Below, piece after piece: positions 29,438 to 39,021 of a stretch of DNA of 64,000 nt. Source of the stretch: Clostridia bacterium (GTDB lineage Bacteria; Bacillota; Clostridia; TANB77; CAG-508); NCBI GenBank assembly GCA_017510525.1, contig JAFWNC010000018.1, forward strand, positions 4,408 through 68,407. The letters run 5' to 3'. A program made the position numbers and the translations under genes. Numbering within the stretch: position 1 is the first letter of the stretch; each line of letters begins with the position of its first letter. The notes under the pieces were generated by a model. The model was not told where the DNA came from and searched no databases. It saw only the letters and a list, made by a program, of their open reading frames with translations.

Positions 29438-29550
29438 AAATATGAAATAAGATTTTTGAGACGTAACGAGGTGTTTCTCAATTTTCGTAAGAAAATTGTG
29501 GAATAGCAGAGCGTCCGAAGTTTAAGTCAAAAAAAACTTATTTCATATTT
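29438..29550. repeat. Family D structured element, copy D4; most divergent copy (longer inner hairpin CTCAATTTTCGTAAGAAAATTGTGG)
   Basis: Core CGAGGTGTTT...AATAGCAGAGCGTCCGAAG. Outer arms AAATATGAAATAAGATTTTTGAGACG / TTTAAGTCAAAAAAAACTTATTTCATATTT. Lies 26 bp upstream of the folD start, just after the uppP stop. Confidence 0.55.
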
Positions 29551-29553
29551 ATT

Positions 29554-30381
29554 TTACCTAAAAATACAAAGTCCTAGGATAAATAATCCAAGAATAACCC
29601 TATAAATTGCAAAAACTTTAAAACTACCCTTTTTTAGATAATTCATCAAAAACTTAACAACAAACAATCCAACAACAAAACTAGCAATAACCCCAATCCA
29701 AAAAGAAGCTGAAGTCAAAGCAAATTCTTTTATATCAACTAAAACAGCAGCCGCTACAATAGGTGTAGAAAGTAAAAATGAAAACTTAGCAGCACTCTCT
29801 CTATCAATCTTATACCCTCTAGCAACAGTCATAGTAATACCAGAACGAGAAACTCCTGGAAAAGCTGCAGCTATTGCCTGAGAAATACCAATTACCATAG
29901 CCTGTTTAAATGAAATCTTTTCATATTTAATCTTATTTTTTAACCTTTTATCAACAACAGCCAAAACAATACCCATAACAATTAAAGCAATAGCAATTAA
30001 AATCATTTCTAATTTGAAATTATCACCAATTATCTTATCAGAAATTTTATCTAAAACTAAAGCTAAAACACCAGCAGGAATAGTTGCAATTACTAAATAC
30101 CAAAACATTCTTCCATCAACAGAATCCTGTTTTTTTACAAGCTTATTAAAACCAGCTTTAATAAGCTTTATCCAATCTTTTAAAAAGAATAACCCAATAG
30201 CAAGCAAAGTTCCAAAATGAAGAGCAACATCAAAAGCCCCATCAAAATCAGCTCTAAAACTACAACTATCAGTCCATCCAAAAATCCAAGGAATAACATT
30301 TAAATGAGCAGAACTAGAAACAGGTAAAAGCTCTGTTAAACCTTGAACAATTCCTAAAATCAAAGCTTGATATATTAACAT
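29554..30381 (-). CDS. uppP: Undecaprenyl-diphosphatase
   Basis: 275 aa, 8 TM helices; GLTELLPVSSSAHL and PGVSRSGITM motifs. Confidence 0.9.
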   Translation of the reverse strand: MLIYQALILGIVQGLTELLPVSSSAHLNVIPWIFGWTDSCSFRADFDGAFDVALHFGTLLAIGLFFLKDWIKLIKAGFNKLVKKQDSVDGRMFWYLVIATIPAGVLALVLDKISDKIIGDNFKLEMILIAIALIVMGIVLAVVDKRLKNKIKYEKISFKQAMVIGISQAIAAAFPGVSRSGITMTVARGYKIDRESAAKFSFLLSTPIVAAAVLVDIKEFALTSASFWIGVIASFVVGLFVVKFLMNYLKKGSFKVFAIYRVILGLFILGLCIFR

Positions 30382-30420
30382 TTTTATTTCTCTCTTTCTA
30401 ATCTATAATTCATAATAATT

Positions 30421-31296
30421 CTACATCTCTTTTAATATATGTCCAATTGTCTCCTTAATAAACTCCGCAGAAGTAATAGGCGCAACCTTACCAGGAAGTG
30501 ATAAAGCCCAAATAAGCTTCAACCCTCTTCTTTTAGCAGAATTTCTATCAACACCACCAGGATTAGAAGACAAATCAATAATTGTACAATCTTTTTTTAC
30601 ATACCCCAATCTCTCATCATCTAAAATTGTGAAAGGAATAGTATTAATAATAATATCAAATTTTCCAAGTTCTTGATTAACTTCACTTAAATGAATTGGT
30701 TTATAACCATAAGCCTTAATCCAAGCAATATCAGAATCCTTTCTAGCCTCGCAAGTAACATTAGCTCCAATACCGTCAAGCATCTTAGCTAGAACCTTTC
30801 CAACTCTTCCAAATCCCATAATTAAAATATTGCTACCATGAAGAGTTCTCTGAGTTTCTTCCATTAAAATTTGAATAGTACCCTCAGCAGTTGAAATAGT
30901 ATTTAAAACAACTAATTCTTCTCTTTTTAATAGATCAATATATTTAACTTTGGCCTCATCCAATTTTCTTGAAATATCATCAGTAATTTTACCAGCTAAG
31001 AAAACCTTTTCTCTATTTTTCATAGCTGAAACTAATTCATCAATCGTAATTCTATTCTCAGAAAAAGGAGTACTAACATTAACCCTATCACTAGTCATAG
31101 GAACAGGTCCAAGAATAATATCTCCTCTATCAATCAATTCATCAATAGAAGAACACCTATGTAAATTCTCACTCTCTCCAAGTCCTTCAGCATTTTCCAA
31201 ACCATAATAATAAACTAAAAAATCATCTTTAACTAATAATTCTATTAGCTTAACAATCCTCAAATCTCCACCAATTACAGATATCTTTCTATACAT
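30421..31296 (-). CDS. dpaA: Dipicolinate synthase subunit A-like (DpaA / SpoVFA family; NAD(P)-binding)
   Basis: MYRKISVIGGDLR...ILIMGFGRVGKVLAKML...DIIINTIPF architecture matches the SpoVFA family. No dpaB (flavoprotein subunit) adjacent. Confidence 0.65.
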   Translation of the reverse strand: MYRKISVIGGDLRIVKLIELLVKDDFLVYYYGLENAEGLGESENLHRCSSIDELIDRGDIILGPVPMTSDRVNVSTPFSENRITIDELVSAMKNREKVFLAGKITDDISRKLDEAKVKYIDLLKREELVVLNTISTAEGTIQILMEETQRTLHGSNILIMGFGRVGKVLAKMLDGIGANVTCEARKDSDIAWIKAYGYKPIHLSEVNQELGKFDIIINTIPFTILDDERLGYVKKDCTIIDLSSNPGGVDRNSAKRRGLKLIWALSLPGKVAPITSAEFIKETIGHILKEM

Positions 31297-31313
31297 ACTC
31301 TTTTCAATCCTTT

Positions 31314-32588
31314 CTAATATTGGTTTAATTCGACATCCTTTTCTTTCTCTTCTTGATTTTTCAATCTTTTCTCTTCTTCTTGTTTGAAAATATCATCAAC
31401 TTTTTTATTTGCCCTATTTTTTATTTCATTAACATTTAAATCTTCTATTAAAGTATATGTTTCTTCTAAATATTTTTGAACCTCTTCATCTTCTTTTTTT
31501 ATTTTTTTAACATCTTTAGGCTCCATCTTAACAGAAACAGTTAAATAACTACGAATATTTTTAAATACTTCATCTTTAGAAATGATATCTAAATAAACAT
31601 CATCTAACTCAATAGCTTTATTTGCAAAATTAATAGCCTTATCTTTTTCACTTTTAATAGCATATATCTTAGCTAATTGATAATATGCCTTAGCCTCAAG
31701 TTCTTCAGACATTAAACATTCTTTAAAATATCTTTCAGCAGAATCAATATCTTTCTGAATCAAAGCAATTTGACCTAAATTATAATGAGCAGAATACATT
31801 TTATGATTAATTTCAGCAGCCTTCTCATAGCACTCTTTCGCACTTGGAAAATCATTCAACCTAGTATAAACAATTCCAAGACTATAATATAACTCAAAAT
31901 CCAATGGTCTATATTTAAGAGCATCTGTATAAACATTAACAGCCTCTTTAAATCTCTCTTGCTTACAAAGTAAATCACCAAGTAAATTAGAAGCTTCATA
32001 AAAATCAGGCTTATTTCTTAGCAAATTGTTAAGCATAGTAATAGCTTCATTAGGCTTATCAAGCTCTTGAAGAAGTTCAGCAATTCTATAATAAGAATTA
32101 TAATCTTGCTTATTTAAATCAACAGCCATAACATATTCATCAATAGCCTTTCTTCTTCCACCCTCTTTTTCATAAATCTTAGCAAGCAATAAATGTCCAT
32201 AATACGAATCATATCTATCAACTAAATTAAGAAGAATTTTCTTAGCGCCTTTATTATTTCCAATAAACATCAAAACTCTTGCTAAAGCAATAGAAACAGC
32301 CTCAGAAAGATTATATCCAGTTATTTCAATTAAAATAACAACTAAAGGAATAGCTACAGAAAAGAAATACATAAGAAATTTAATCATTCCATTAGAAAAA
32401 TCTTTAAAAATAATCTCTCCAAAATTAAGAGCAATACCTACTCCCTGTAATATTATAAGAAAAACATAGTTACTATCATTTTTCTTAATAAGCTTAGCAA
32501 AAATCAATATAAACAAAGAAAATGCCAATAAATTAAAAATCATCTTCTCAATCAACATAATCCCCAAAATCTCCTCTAAATTAAACAT
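31314..32588 (-). CDS. Membrane-anchored tetratricopeptide-repeat protein
   Basis: Several N-terminal TM helices, then 8 or more TPR-like 34-aa units (AxxYYxLGxIYxxxxxxxxAIxxYxKAL). Confidence 0.6.
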   Translation of the reverse strand: MFNLEEILGIMLIEKMIFNLLAFSLFILIFAKLIKKNDSNYVFLIILQGVGIALNFGEIIFKDFSNGMIKFLMYFFSVAIPLVVILIEITGYNLSEAVSIALARVLMFIGNNKGAKKILLNLVDRYDSYYGHLLLAKIYEKEGGRRKAIDEYVMAVDLNKQDYNSYYRIAELLQELDKPNEAITMLNNLLRNKPDFYEASNLLGDLLCKQERFKEAVNVYTDALKYRPLDFELYYSLGIVYTRLNDFPSAKECYEKAAEINHKMYSAHYNLGQIALIQKDIDSAERYFKECLMSEELEAKAYYQLAKIYAIKSEKDKAINFANKAIELDDVYLDIISKDEVFKNIRSYLTVSVKMEPKDVKKIKKEDEEVQKYLEETYTLIEDLNVNEIKNRANKKVDDIFKQEEEKRLKNQEEKEKDVELNQY

Positions 32589-32682
32589 CCTTTTTTATCT
32601 ACATTTGAGATTATATCACATCAAAAATTTAAGCACAAGGTTTTATTAAATAAAATAATTGATTATTTTAAAAAAATAAAAA

Positions 32683-32788
32683 GGATTTGAAATATAGAAT
32701 TTTGAAGCGTGGCAAGGTGTTTTTCGACATAGTCGAAAAATAGCGGAGCGTCCGCAGCCAAAGCTGAAAAATTACTATATTCAAATCC
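32683..32788. repeat. Family D structured element, copy D5 (near-identical to D1 and D3 in its 5' arm and core)
   Basis: GGATTTGAAATATAGAATTTTGAAGCGTGGCAAGGTGTTTTTCGACATAGTCGAAAAATAGCGGAGCGTCCGCAGCCAAAGCTGAAAAATTACTATATTCAAATCC. Confidence 0.6.
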
Positions 32789-32843
32789 TACGCAAAAAAG
32801 AAAAAACGAGGAAAACTCCCCGTTTTTCTGATTTTTGTTGCGA

Positions 32844-33479
32844 CTACCATCCCCACCGAAGAACCTTAATTCTTCGATTAAGGTTGCCGACTTGCTCCTC
32901 ATCCTCATGATTGTCAAGGAAGACATCAATGTCATTCCCGTCAATCAAACCTCCGGTGTCCTCTGCTCTCCAGACAACGCCCTCGATTAAATCAACTCCT
33001 TCAATCATAAGTAAAGATCCTTCAGGAAAAACATCCGTTGCACAAGTACGATATGGTATAGCTTTCAGCCCTGAAGCTGTTCCCCAATCACCATTCTCGG
33101 GATCGATCTCAAACTCCCCATTACAATATGGGCAGTACCCGGTGACGATCCCTTCGTCGTACCAAAGCACAGGATAAAATTTCCCCTGAAACCAAGCACC
33201 ATCTTCCACCTCTTCCTCGGTTATTATCTCCTCAGTTGTAGTTTCAGTTGGCTCTTCGGTTGTAATCTCAGAAGTCTCCTCGATAGTAGGCTCTTCAATT
33301 ATCGATTGAACCACTGTAGGCTCTTCGATAATCAATTCTTCACTATCATCTGCTTTAGCCTGTATAAAAAAAACTCCTATACAAACTGCTAAAACAGCTG
33401 CCGTGACTAATACAATAGCCTTTCTCCGGGAAATTCTGAGTACTGCGTGATGATGTCTTCTCCTAAACCGAATTTTCAT
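32844..33479 (-). CDS. 3D-domain (MltA-like / YabE C-terminal domain) cell-wall-associated protein with signal anchor and acidic Glu/Thr-rich linker
   Basis: C-terminal GYCPYCNG...TASGL...RTCATD...DTGGLIDGNDIDVF is the 3D (Asp-Asp-Asp) domain. Contains an in-frame CGG Arg codon at 32856-32858 read in zero frame (KVLRWGW-stop). Confidence 0.7.
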   Translation of the reverse strand: MKIRFRRRHHHAVLRISRRKAIVLVTAAVLAVCIGVFFIQAKADDSEELIIEEPTVVQSIIEEPTIEETSEITTEEPTETTTEEIITEEEVEDGAWFQGKFYPVLWYDEGIVTGYCPYCNGEFEIDPENGDWGTASGLKAIPYRTCATDVFPEGSLLMIEGVDLIEGVVWRAEDTGGLIDGNDIDVFLDNHEDEEQVGNLNRRIKVLRWGW

Positions 33480-33591
33480 ACATGAAAACCCCTTTCTAAA
33501 TATAATATAAGTAAACGTACCTAAACAAATTATACCACATTATGTAGATTAAGGCAAATATTTACGCAATATTTGGGGACATCCATAAATT

Positions 33592-33677
33592 TATTTGGGC
33601 GGGCATGGAAACCCGCCCATCTCCTTGCATTACCCAATACATTCGTAGCGGAATTACAAAAGTGCTCCATCCTTGAC
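33592..33677. repeat. Composite repeat: perfect module C hairpin (GGGCGGGCATGGAAACCCGCCC), tail (ATCTCCTTGCATTACCCAATAC) and degenerate module A
   Basis: Lies in the divergent region between the 3D-domain gene (minus) and rqcH (plus). Confidence 0.65.
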
Positions 33678-33725
33678 TTTCCAAAAATAAAATTGTAATA
33701 TATATATATATATAAGGAGGATATT

Positions 33726-35399
33726 ATGGCATTTGATGGTATTGTTACAAAAGCAATTGTTACTGAACTTGAAAATAATTTAATCGGCGCAAAAGTCAAT
33801 AAAGTACTTGAACCAAATAAAAACGAAATAATTTTAAATTTATATAATAATAGATTAAACTACGCATTAGACATAAACATTCATCCTGAAAACTATAAAA
33901 TCAGTCTAACAACTTACTCAAAACCCAATCCACTAAATGCATTAAATTTCTGTATGCTTCTTAGAAAATATTTAATAGGATTTAAAATAAAGTCTATAAA
34001 AAGCTATGATTTAGAAAGATGTATTGAAATAGAATTTGAAGGTAACAATGAACTAAAAGATAGTGTTACTTATAAGTTAATTATAGAACTTATGGGAAGA
34101 CGCAGTAATATAGTTTTCTTAAATCAAAAAAATCAAATTATAGATTCAATAAAACATATTATAACAAAAACTCGTGAAGTTCTACCTGCTAGAGAATATG
34201 TATTCCCAGAAATAACAAAAACATCTTTCTTAGAACTAAAGAATTTTGATGAATTTTATGAACTAATTTCAGCTACTTCATATACAAGTATCTCTTCTAA
34301 TATCACTGAAACATTTATAGGATTTAGCAAACCATTTATTCAAAACATATTATACAACCTTGATATTTCAGATAATACAAAAGATATTAATGACTTAAAA
34401 GAACTATATGATTACATAGTTCGTATCTTCTCTAATTTTGGAACAAATAATATTTACTGTAAACAATTAAAAAACGACGACTTTACAATAGACTTCTCTG
34501 ACTTTGAATCTGATAAAATGATTAACTTTTATATAGATGACTTTTATCATAAAAAAGAAATAAATGATAACTTTAATAACAAAAAAGCTGAGTTATCAAA
34601 ACTAATTTTAGGAAGTCTAAAAAAATGCTCTAAAAAATTAGAAAATATCAATAGGAAACTAAAAGACTGCGAAAACATGGATAAATACAGAATATACGGC
34701 GAACTTCTAACTGCTAATCTATACAAATTAGACGGAAACTCTAACAAAGTTGTATTGGAAAACTATTATGATAATAACAAATTAATTGAAATACCTTTAG
34801 ATAGCTCTATTCCATATAATAAAAATGCTGAAAAATATTTCAAAAAATACAACAAACTAAAAAACACTCTCTCAATCGTATCAAAACAAAAAGAAGAAAC
34901 AGAACTAGAGCTTAGATACATTGAAAGTATTGTATATTCAATTACAACAGCAAAAACACTAAAAGACATTTCTGAAATACATGACGAATTTGTAGAAAAC
35001 GTAGAAATAAAAAAATTCTCAAACAAACCAACAAAGAAAAACAAAGAAAGCGATGACTTTAGAAATAAAATACAAAAATTTAATATAAATAATTTTGATG
35101 TTTATATTGGAAAAAACAATAAACAAAATGATTACTTAACACTACATTTTGCAAGCAAAGAAGACATCTGGTTCCATGTTCAAGACGCTCACGGCTCACA
35201 CGTTATTCTAAAAACAAATGGAAAAACTCCAGATGAAGACACTTTATATAAATGCGCCTTACTAGCAAAACAAAACAGCAAAGCAACACTAAGTAAAAAC
35301 GTATCAGTAGACTACACCTACATAAAATACGTAAAAAAACACCCTAATAAAAAACTAGGAATGGTACATTATACAGATTATCAAACAATAATCATCTAA
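33726..35399 (+). CDS. rqcH: Ribosome quality control protein RqcH (NFACT-N / FbpA / DUF814 family)
   Basis: 557 aa. NFACT-N domain at the N-terminus (MAFDGIVTKAIVTELENNLIGAKVNKV...EIILNLY), a coiled-coil middle, and C-terminal NFACT-R (DVYIGKNNKQNDYLT...DIWFHVQDAHGSHVIL). RBS AAGGAGG before the ATG. Confidence 0.85.
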   Translation: MAFDGIVTKAIVTELENNLIGAKVNKVLEPNKNEIILNLYNNRLNYALDINIHPENYKISLTTYSKPNPLNALNFCMLLRKYLIGFKIKSIKSYDLERCIEIEFEGNNELKDSVTYKLIIELMGRRSNIVFLNQKNQIIDSIKHIITKTREVLPAREYVFPEITKTSFLELKNFDEFYELISATSYTSISSNITETFIGFSKPFIQNILYNLDISDNTKDINDLKELYDYIVRIFSNFGTNNIYCKQLKNDDFTIDFSDFESDKMINFYIDDFYHKKEINDNFNNKKAELSKLILGSLKKCSKKLENINRKLKDCENMDKYRIYGELLTANLYKLDGNSNKVVLENYYDNNKLIEIPLDSSIPYNKNAEKYFKKYNKLKNTLSIVSKQKEETELELRYIESIVYSITTAKTLKDISEIHDEFVENVEIKKFSNKPTKKNKESDDFRNKIQKFNINNFDVYIGKNNKQNDYLTLHFASKEDIWFHVQDAHGSHVILKTNGKTPDEDTLYKCALLAKQNSKATLSKNVSVDYTYIKYVKKHPNKKLGMVHYTDYQTIII

Positions 35400-35461
35400 A
35401 AACAAAAAAGAACACTTACCAGAGGTATGTTAAGACATTTGGTAAGTGTCTTCTTTAGCTT

Positions 35462-36653
35462 TTATTTTATCAATTCTAATGTATCTTTTGCTATCATCAT
35501 TTCTTCATCTGTAGGGATTACATATACTTTTATCTTTGAATTTGGACTAGATATTAATATTTCTTCTCCACGTATTTTGTTTTTCTCTTCATCAATCTCT
35601 AATCCCATAAATTTCAAGTTATCACAAATTTTCTTTCTTGAATGGAATTGGTTTTCACCAACACCAGCTGTAAATGTAATTACATCAATTCCCTGTAAAG
35701 TAACAGCATAACTAGCTATGAATTGTGCAACTCTATATGCATATACATCTAATGCTAAGCTTGCTCTTTCATTTCCTTCTGCAGATGCCCCCTCAATATC
35801 TCTAAAATCAGCTGAAACGCCAGAAATTCCGAAAACTCCAGATTGTTTGTTTAATAATTTCTCAACTTCTTCAGTATTTAAATTTGCTTGATTCATTATA
35901 TAAGTTACAACAGAAGGATCTAAATCACCACTTCTAGCACACATTGGAATTCCACCAAGTGGAGTAAGTCCCATACTTGTATCTAAACTCTTTCCATCTT
36001 TCATGGCACATAAACTTGCACCGCTGACCTAAATGACAATTTACTATTTTTAAATCTGTTCTTCCCTCTAAAGCAGCAACTCTGTTTGCAATATATTTAT
36101 GTGATGTACCATGTGCTCCATATTTACGAACTCCATATTTTTCATACATCTCATAAGGAACTGGATATGTAAAAGTCTTAGCTGGCATTGTTTGATGAAA
36201 AGCAGTATCAAAAACAACCGCCATTTTTGCATTAGGCATTTCCTTTTGACAAGCTCTAATTCCAAGTATTGCTGCAGGATTATGAAGAGGTGCTAATTTA
36301 CTACAATCTTCAATTTTTTCAATTACATCCTCAGTAACTAAAACAGATTTATCAAAATATTCACCACCATGAACAATTCTATGACCAACAGCCTCAATTT
36401 CATCTAAGCTCTTTATAGTATTATATTTTGGACTTAATAACTGATCAACAATAATTTTTAAAGCCTCTTCATGGTTACTAACCTTTTCCTCAATAACAAC
36501 CTTCTCACCATTAACCTTATGAGTTAAGAAAGAATTCTCACCAATCCTTTCATAATTTCCTTTTGCCATAACCTCTTCTTTTTCCATATCAATCAATTGA
36601 TACTTCAAAGAAGAACTCCCGCAATTAACAACCAAAATTTTCATTTTTTCCAT
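35462..36653 (-). pseudogene. ackA: Acetate kinase, second tandem copy, interrupted by a +1 frameshift at 36021-36023 (extra C: CAG C GGT)
   Basis: ORFs 35934..36653 (N-terminal 239 aa) and 35462..36004 (C-terminal 180 aa). The intact paralog has CAG GGT GCT (HLGQGAS) at the same place; here CAG CGG TGC gives HLGQRCKFMCHER-stop. Whether this is a true pseudogene or a recoded gene depends on the nature of the recurrent C insertions. Confidence 0.75.
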
Positions 36654-36669
36654 CCTTTCATTTTATATA

Positions 36670-37863
36670 TTATTTATTTATAATTTCATTTGTTTCCTTT
36701 GCAATAATCAATTCCTCCTCAGTAGGAACAATCCAAAGCTTAACCCTAGAATCATCCTTAGACAACTCATATTCCATATTAGTAACCTTATTCTTCTCCT
36801 CATCAAGTTCAACACCCATGAAATTCAAATAAGAACAAATCATTTTTCTCTCATCAGGACCTTTTTCACCAACACCACCAGTGAAAGTAATAACATCAAC
36901 ACCATTCATAGTAACAGCATATTTTCCAATATATTGAGCAATTAAATAACAATAAACCTTCATTGCTAAATCAGCTCTCTCATTACCATTTGGAATCTCT
37001 CTTAAAATATCTCTATTATCATTTGAAATTCCAGAAATGCCATGTAATCCAGACTTTTTATTTAAAATCCTATCCATTTCCCTAGGAGTTAAATTTTCCT
37101 GTTCCATTATATATGTAACAACAGATGGATCCAAATCACCACTTCTTGAACCCATTGGAATTCCACCTAAAGGAGTTAACCCCATACTAGTATCAACACT
37201 TATACCATTTTGAATTGCACAAATACTAGCACCCTGACCTAAATGACAGCTTATTATTTTTAAATCTTTTATATCTTTATTTAAAATTTCAGCAATTCTA
37301 TGTGATACATATTTATGAGAAGTACCATGAGCACCATACTTACGAACACCATATTTTTCATAATATTCATATGGAATAGGATAAATATAATGCTCCTTTG
37401 GGATAGTTTGATGAAAAGCAGTATCAAAAACAGCAACATTAGGAACATCAGGTAATATTTTTTGAATTGCTCTTATTCCCTGTAAATGTGCTGGATTATG
37501 TAATGGAGCGTATCTAATTGCATCTTCTATTCCTTTAATAACATCCTCATCAATTATAGTCGCCTGCTTAAATCTCTCACCACCATGAACAACTCTATGT
37601 CCAACAGCTTCAATTTCATTAAAGCTTTTTATAGCTGGATAATCAGAATTAACGAGTTCTTCCATTACTATTTTTAGAGCTTCTTCATGAGAATAAACAT
37701 TTCTTTCTTTTTTATACTTTTCTCCATTAATTTTATGAGTAATTATTGAATTATACTGACCAATTCTTTCAATATTTCCTTTTGCAAGTACTTTCTCATT
37801 TTCCATATCAATTAAGCAATATTTCAAAGATGAACTTCCACAATTTACAACTAATACCTTCAT
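36670..37863 (-). CDS. ackA: Acetate kinase
   Basis: 397 aa. MKVLVVNCGSSSLKY N-terminus; conserved His, Arg and Glu residues throughout. Confidence 0.9.
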   Translation of the reverse strand: MKVLVVNCGSSSLKYCLIDMENEKVLAKGNIERIGQYNSIITHKINGEKYKKERNVYSHEEALKIVMEELVNSDYPAIKSFNEIEAVGHRVVHGGERFKQATIIDEDVIKGIEDAIRYAPLHNPAHLQGIRAIQKILPDVPNVAVFDTAFHQTIPKEHYIYPIPYEYYEKYGVRKYGAHGTSHKYVSHRIAEILNKDIKDLKIISCHLGQGASICAIQNGISVDTSMGLTPLGGIPMGSRSGDLDPSVVTYIMEQENLTPREMDRILNKKSGLHGISGISNDNRDILREIPNGNERADLAMKVYCYLIAQYIGKYAVTMNGVDVITFTGGVGEKGPDERKMICSYLNFMGVELDEEKNKVTNMEYELSKDDSRVKLWIVPTEEELIIAKETNEIINK

Positions 37864-37904
37864 ATACTTCTCCTTTTTTATATTATTTTAAATACTGTAT
37901 CTTT

Positions 37905-38897
37905 TTATTGAGCTTGAACTGCTGTAATTGCTACAACTCCAACTATATCATCACTTGTACATCCTCTAGATAAATCATTAACAGGTTTAGCAATTCCCTG
38001 GCAAATTGGTCCATAAGCTTCAGCTTTAGCTAATCTTTGAACAAGCTTGTATCCAATATTTCCAGCCTGTAAATCAGGGAAAACCAATGTGTTACACATA
38101 CCTGCAACATCACTATTTGGGGCTTTACTTTTTGCAACTTCTGGAACAATTGCAGCATCAAGCTGTAATTCTCCATCTACTTTTAACTCTGGATATCTTT
38201 CCTTAACAATTTTTGTTGCATTAGCAACTTTGTCAACCTCTTCAGCCTTTGCACTACCATAAGTCGAATAAGAAAGCATTCCAATCTTAGCTTGTTTTTC
38301 AGTTAAAAGTTCAAAACTTTCAGCCGAAGACTTTGCAATTTCAGCTAAACTCTCTGTATCAGGATTTTGATTTAATCCACAATCAGCAAAAACAAATACA
38401 CCATTTTCACCATATTCACACTCTGGAACAACCATTAAGAAAAATGCAGATACAAGCTTAGTTCCAGGAGCAGTTTTTAAAATCTGAAGAGCAGGTCTTA
38501 AAGTATCTGAAGTAGAATGAGCAGCACCAGACACCAAACCATCAGCATCATCATTTTTAACCATCATCATTCCGAAAAAAACAGGATCTAACATTTTTTC
38601 TTTAGCTTCCTCTTCTGTCATTCCTTTAGCTTTTCTAAGTTCATAAAATTTATTAACATATTCATCATATTTTTCAGACTTTTTAGGATCAACTATTTTT
38701 GCACTAGAAATATCAATTTCATTTTCTATTGCAATCATCTTAACAATATTTTCATCACCGACTAAAATAATATTAGCAAATTTTTCTTTTCCAATACTTT
38801 CCGCAGCTTTCAAAACACGAATATCAGTAGCCTCAGGAAGTACTATTGTTTTAATATTTTGCTTGGCTCTTATCTTTAAATTATCAATAAAACTCAT
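37905..38897 (-). CDS. pta: Phosphate acetyltransferase
   Basis: Start at MSFIDNLKIRAKQNIKTIVLPEATD (ATG 38895-38897) with GGAGGGG upstream. About 330 aa of the Pta/PtaB family. pta-ackA operon. Confidence 0.9.
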   Translation of the reverse strand: MSFIDNLKIRAKQNIKTIVLPEATDIRVLKAAESIGKEKFANIILVGDENIVKMIAIENEIDISSAKIVDPKKSEKYDEYVNKFYELRKAKGMTEEEAKEKMLDPVFFGMMMVKNDDADGLVSGAAHSTSDTLRPALQILKTAPGTKLVSAFFLMVVPECEYGENGVFVFADCGLNQNPDTESLAEIAKSSAESFELLTEKQAKIGMLSYSTYGSAKAEEVDKVANATKIVKERYPELKVDGELQLDAAIVPEVAKSKAPNSDVAGMCNTLVFPDLQAGNIGYKLVQRLAKAEAYGPICQGIAKPVNDLSRGCTSDDIVGVVAITAVQAQ

Positions 38898-39021
38898 TTT
38901 CCCCCTCCTTTTTCTAAAATACAAATTGATTATATAAAATTGTTTTTTTAAAGTCAAGAATTAATTAAAACTATAATTTATGATATAATAGGTAAAAATT
39001 AATTGTAGGAAGGAAAACAAA

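Noticed and set aside
32663-32944. ORF 32663..32944 (-) overlapping the 3D-domain gene end and repeat D5
   Set aside because: It lies within the structured repeat and overlaps a real gene's 3' end, with no RBS. It is only noteworthy as the +1 frame that would follow the in-frame CGG of the 3D-domain gene, and there is no evidence that it is translated.
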